Of a stretch of DNA of 64,000 nucleotides, positions 61,905 through 64,000 are shown one piece after another (position 1 is the stretch's first letter; the number at the start of each line of letters is the position of its first letter). This DNA comes from Sumerlaeia bacterium (GTDB lineage Bacteria > Sumerlaeota > Sumerlaeia > SLMS01 > JAHLLQ01). The position numbers and the translations under genes are program-made. The DNA is taken from NCBI GenBank assembly GCA_040219255.1, contig JAVJSW010000060.1, forward strand, positions 224,001 through 288,000, read 5' to 3'. The notes under the pieces were generated by a model. The model was not told the origin of the DNA. It was given only the letters and a program-made list of their open reading frames with translations, and did no database searches.

Positions 61905-62825
61905 ATGGCAATCCCAGGAATGACGAGACGAACACGGCAGCGCGCTTTCACCCTGGTGGAACTCGTGATCGTGGGCGCCCTCATCGCCCTGTTCTCCGGG
62001 CTGGCCATCTTCGGCGTTCAGCAGCAGTTCCGCTCGAACACGCGCAAGGCCATGATCGGCGAAACCCGCCAATTGGCCCAGGCGCTCGATTTCGCCTTTC
62101 AGGATGTGGGCTTCTTTCCAGTACCTTGCTTCCTGGACGACAGCCGGACAACCTTCGAACTCAGCAGCCAGCAGGTCTTCGCTGGCGATCCCAACCGCCT
62201 GTACTTGAACATGGGTGTGTATGACATCCTGCCGCTCAACCAGATCGCCAACGTTCGCGAGAACTGGCGGGGGGCGTATTTCTCCGCGTCGCAATCCCGC
62301 AGCGCGGTGGCTCAGGGCCGGGGCGGTTCGAAGAAGATGGTTCTGCCGCTGGTGTCTCCCGATTTCGCCTTCGATTGGCCGGCGGACACCTACAACAATC
62401 CGTACATGATCTACATGCTGGACATCGATCCGGCGAGTACCGCCACGAACCCGACACTGCGGTTCACGGAGAACAGCACGCAGAACACGGGCAATTACGT
62501 CAATGCCGTCGTGAGCTACGGTCTGAACCAGGTGCCCGGTGGCGGCGATCTGTTCCAGGCGACAGGCAATTTCGACGACATCGCCGATGGTGGCCCCTAT
62601 GGCCTGCGGCTCTACACCGGCAATCCGAACAACACGGAACTGCCGCTGACTTATCTTTCGCCGGCGACGCTGACGCAATCGGCGGCGGATGCCCGGGCGA
62701 ACGCCTGGACAACGGAATTCGCCCAGAACGCGGGGATCATCAATCGCCTCGCTCTGAACAACGATCTCAATGACCAAGTCGCCATCACCGATTCCGGTTC
62801 GGACGATGTGGTTTTCAGCTTCTAA
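61905..62825 (+). CDS. Prepilin-type protein (GspG-like, extended)
   Basis: RA|FTLVELVIV; WRGAY; DTYNNPY; SYGLNQ; C-terminal DDVVFSF. Confidence 0.82.
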   Translation: MAIPGMTRRTRQRAFTLVELVIVGALIALFSGLAIFGVQQQFRSNTRKAMIGETRQLAQALDFAFQDVGFFPVPCFLDDSRTTFELSSQQVFAGDPNRLYLNMGVYDILPLNQIANVRENWRGAYFSASQSRSAVAQGRGGSKKMVLPLVSPDFAFDWPADTYNNPYMIYMLDIDPASTATNPTLRFTENSTQNTGNYVNAVVSYGLNQVPGGGDLFQATGNFDDIADGGPYGLRLYTGNPNNTELPLTYLSPATLTQSAADARANAWTTEFAQNAGIINRLALNNDLNDQVAITDSGSDDVVFSF

Positions 62826-62890
62826 CGTTTTTTCTCCGCTTGATGACGAGTTTTTCGAATAAGGGACCCCGATCCGTGATACGCGTACCG

Positions 62891-63625
62891 ATGACAACGA
62901 CCCGATCCCGCCGCCGCGCGTTCACCGCCGTGGAAATCGCCATGGTGGCGTCCGTGATCGCGATTATCGCGCTCCTCATTCTGCCGCTTTACCGCTCGCG
63001 TACGACGGAAGCGCGCCTTGTGGGGGCGCAGGATGAAATGGCCTCCCTGGCCAAGGCGATGCTGCTGGTGGAGGCGGACATCGCCCGCGCGGTGCCGCTG
63101 CAGGCGCTCGACAACCGTTCGAGCCAGACGACCGGCGAGCCGCTGGCGGACATCCCCTACAGCGAACGCGCCCCGGAGTATACCTGGAACGGTCTGGAAC
63201 TCGAAGAGAGCGCCATCGACCGTCAGTGGAAGGGCCCCTACATCTCCTACAACAAGTCCACGACGATGGGGGAAATCCGGTCGCTCCAGCCCTGGCTGGT
63301 CGTGGAAAACGGCGGGCCCCTGTATTACGAGGACCCGATCAGCCCGCCGGCCGGTTCGACCAACAACGCGGCGGACGCGCTGGCGGACCGCTTCCCGCTC
63401 GATCCCTTCGGCAACCCCTACATTTTCTTCAGCACCGGAATCTATCCGCACCCAAGCGCCTTCGCCAGCTCGATCTACAACTCGCCGTACAATCAGGTCT
63501 GGTCCCTGGGGCCCGATGGCTTGCCGGGCGACGCGCCGACCTTTGGCAGCGCCGGCGACTATTACCCGACGCCGATCGGCCGCCTGAGCGAGACGGTGGG
63601 CGACGACATCCGCTACCGGTTCTAA
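62891..63625 (+). CDS. Prepilin-type protein (GspG-like)
   Basis: RA|FTAVEIAMV; WKGPY; DPFGNPY; SLGPDG; DDIRYRF. Confidence 0.85.
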   Translation: MTTTRSRRRAFTAVEIAMVASVIAIIALLILPLYRSRTTEARLVGAQDEMASLAKAMLLVEADIARAVPLQALDNRSSQTTGEPLADIPYSERAPEYTWNGLELEESAIDRQWKGPYISYNKSTTMGEIRSLQPWLVVENGGPLYYEDPISPPAGSTNNAADALADRFPLDPFGNPYIFFSTGIYPHPSAFASSIYNSPYNQVWSLGPDGLPGDAPTFGSAGDYYPTPIGRLSETVGDDIRYRF

Positions 63626-63721
63626 GGCGGCAACGTTGCGCCCGCACCCGACGGATTCACCCTGAACACGCACGACGCCGAGGAAAGGCTTCTTCCCCCA
63701 CTCATTCACGGGACGACCACG

Positions 63722-64000
63722 ATGAAACGAACCGCTTCTCATAAAGGCTTCTCGATCCTCGAGCTGCTGATCGCTCTGATTATCATCGGCATCCTGGCCG
63801 TGATCCTCATCCCGTTGGTTTCGAACCGGACGGAGGAGGCGCGCCGCACCGCCGCCCTCGCCGATCTGGAACGGCTGGCCAACGCGCAGGACCGGCTGGC
63901 GGTGGATATCGGGTACTACGGACGCCTGTTTTTTCTCAACGATGTTGGCAACCGCGCGAACGCCCAGCAGTTCCAGCGCGATTTCGATCCGGCCGATGGC
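63722..64000 (+). CDS. Prepilin-type protein (GspG-like), partial at window edge
   Basis: Manual translation MKRTASHKG|FSILELLIALIIIGILAVILIP...; open to end of window; absent from ORF track. Confidence 0.85.
   Translation, partial: MKRTASHKGFSILELLIALIIIGILAVILIPLVSNRTEEARRTAALADLERLANAQDRLAVDIGYYGRLFFLNDVGNRANAQQFQRDFDPADG

Overview
GC-rich chromosomal window from a diderm bacterium (lptB present). The protein styles suggest Candidatus Sumerlaeota/BRC1 or a similar lineage, but that is inference only. Housekeeping genes (purL, feoA-feoA-feoB, hisF, zapB-like/zapA, cysE, lptB, osmC, nadD, fbaB, surE, ligA, cysH, udg) are interspersed with many large secreted proteins (subtilase, SdrD-B/FN3-like, vWA, GH-like/propeller, dockerin, Gly-rich, FG-GAP). 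The window also holds a ParDE toxin-antitoxin pair, a truncated Uma2 gene, and an expanded cluster of at least seven prepilin/pseudopilin genes running off the right edge. Best candidate for an undescribed system: four unrelated signal-peptide-bearing proteins end in a very short Trp-centred tail (SVGDWRRAE*, SGVESWRMAE*, PAGWMLY*, PTGWSVR*). It sits where other lineages carry a sorting domain, suggesting a lineage-specific C-terminal sorting signal, possibly served by the T2SS-like pilin machinery. Other notable items are a dispersed family of paired inverted intergenic repeats, a 324-aa internally expanded ZapB, and palindromic operators before cysH and feo. No rRNA, tRNA, CRISPR array or transposase was seen. 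Family calls come from motif recognition by eye, not database searches.
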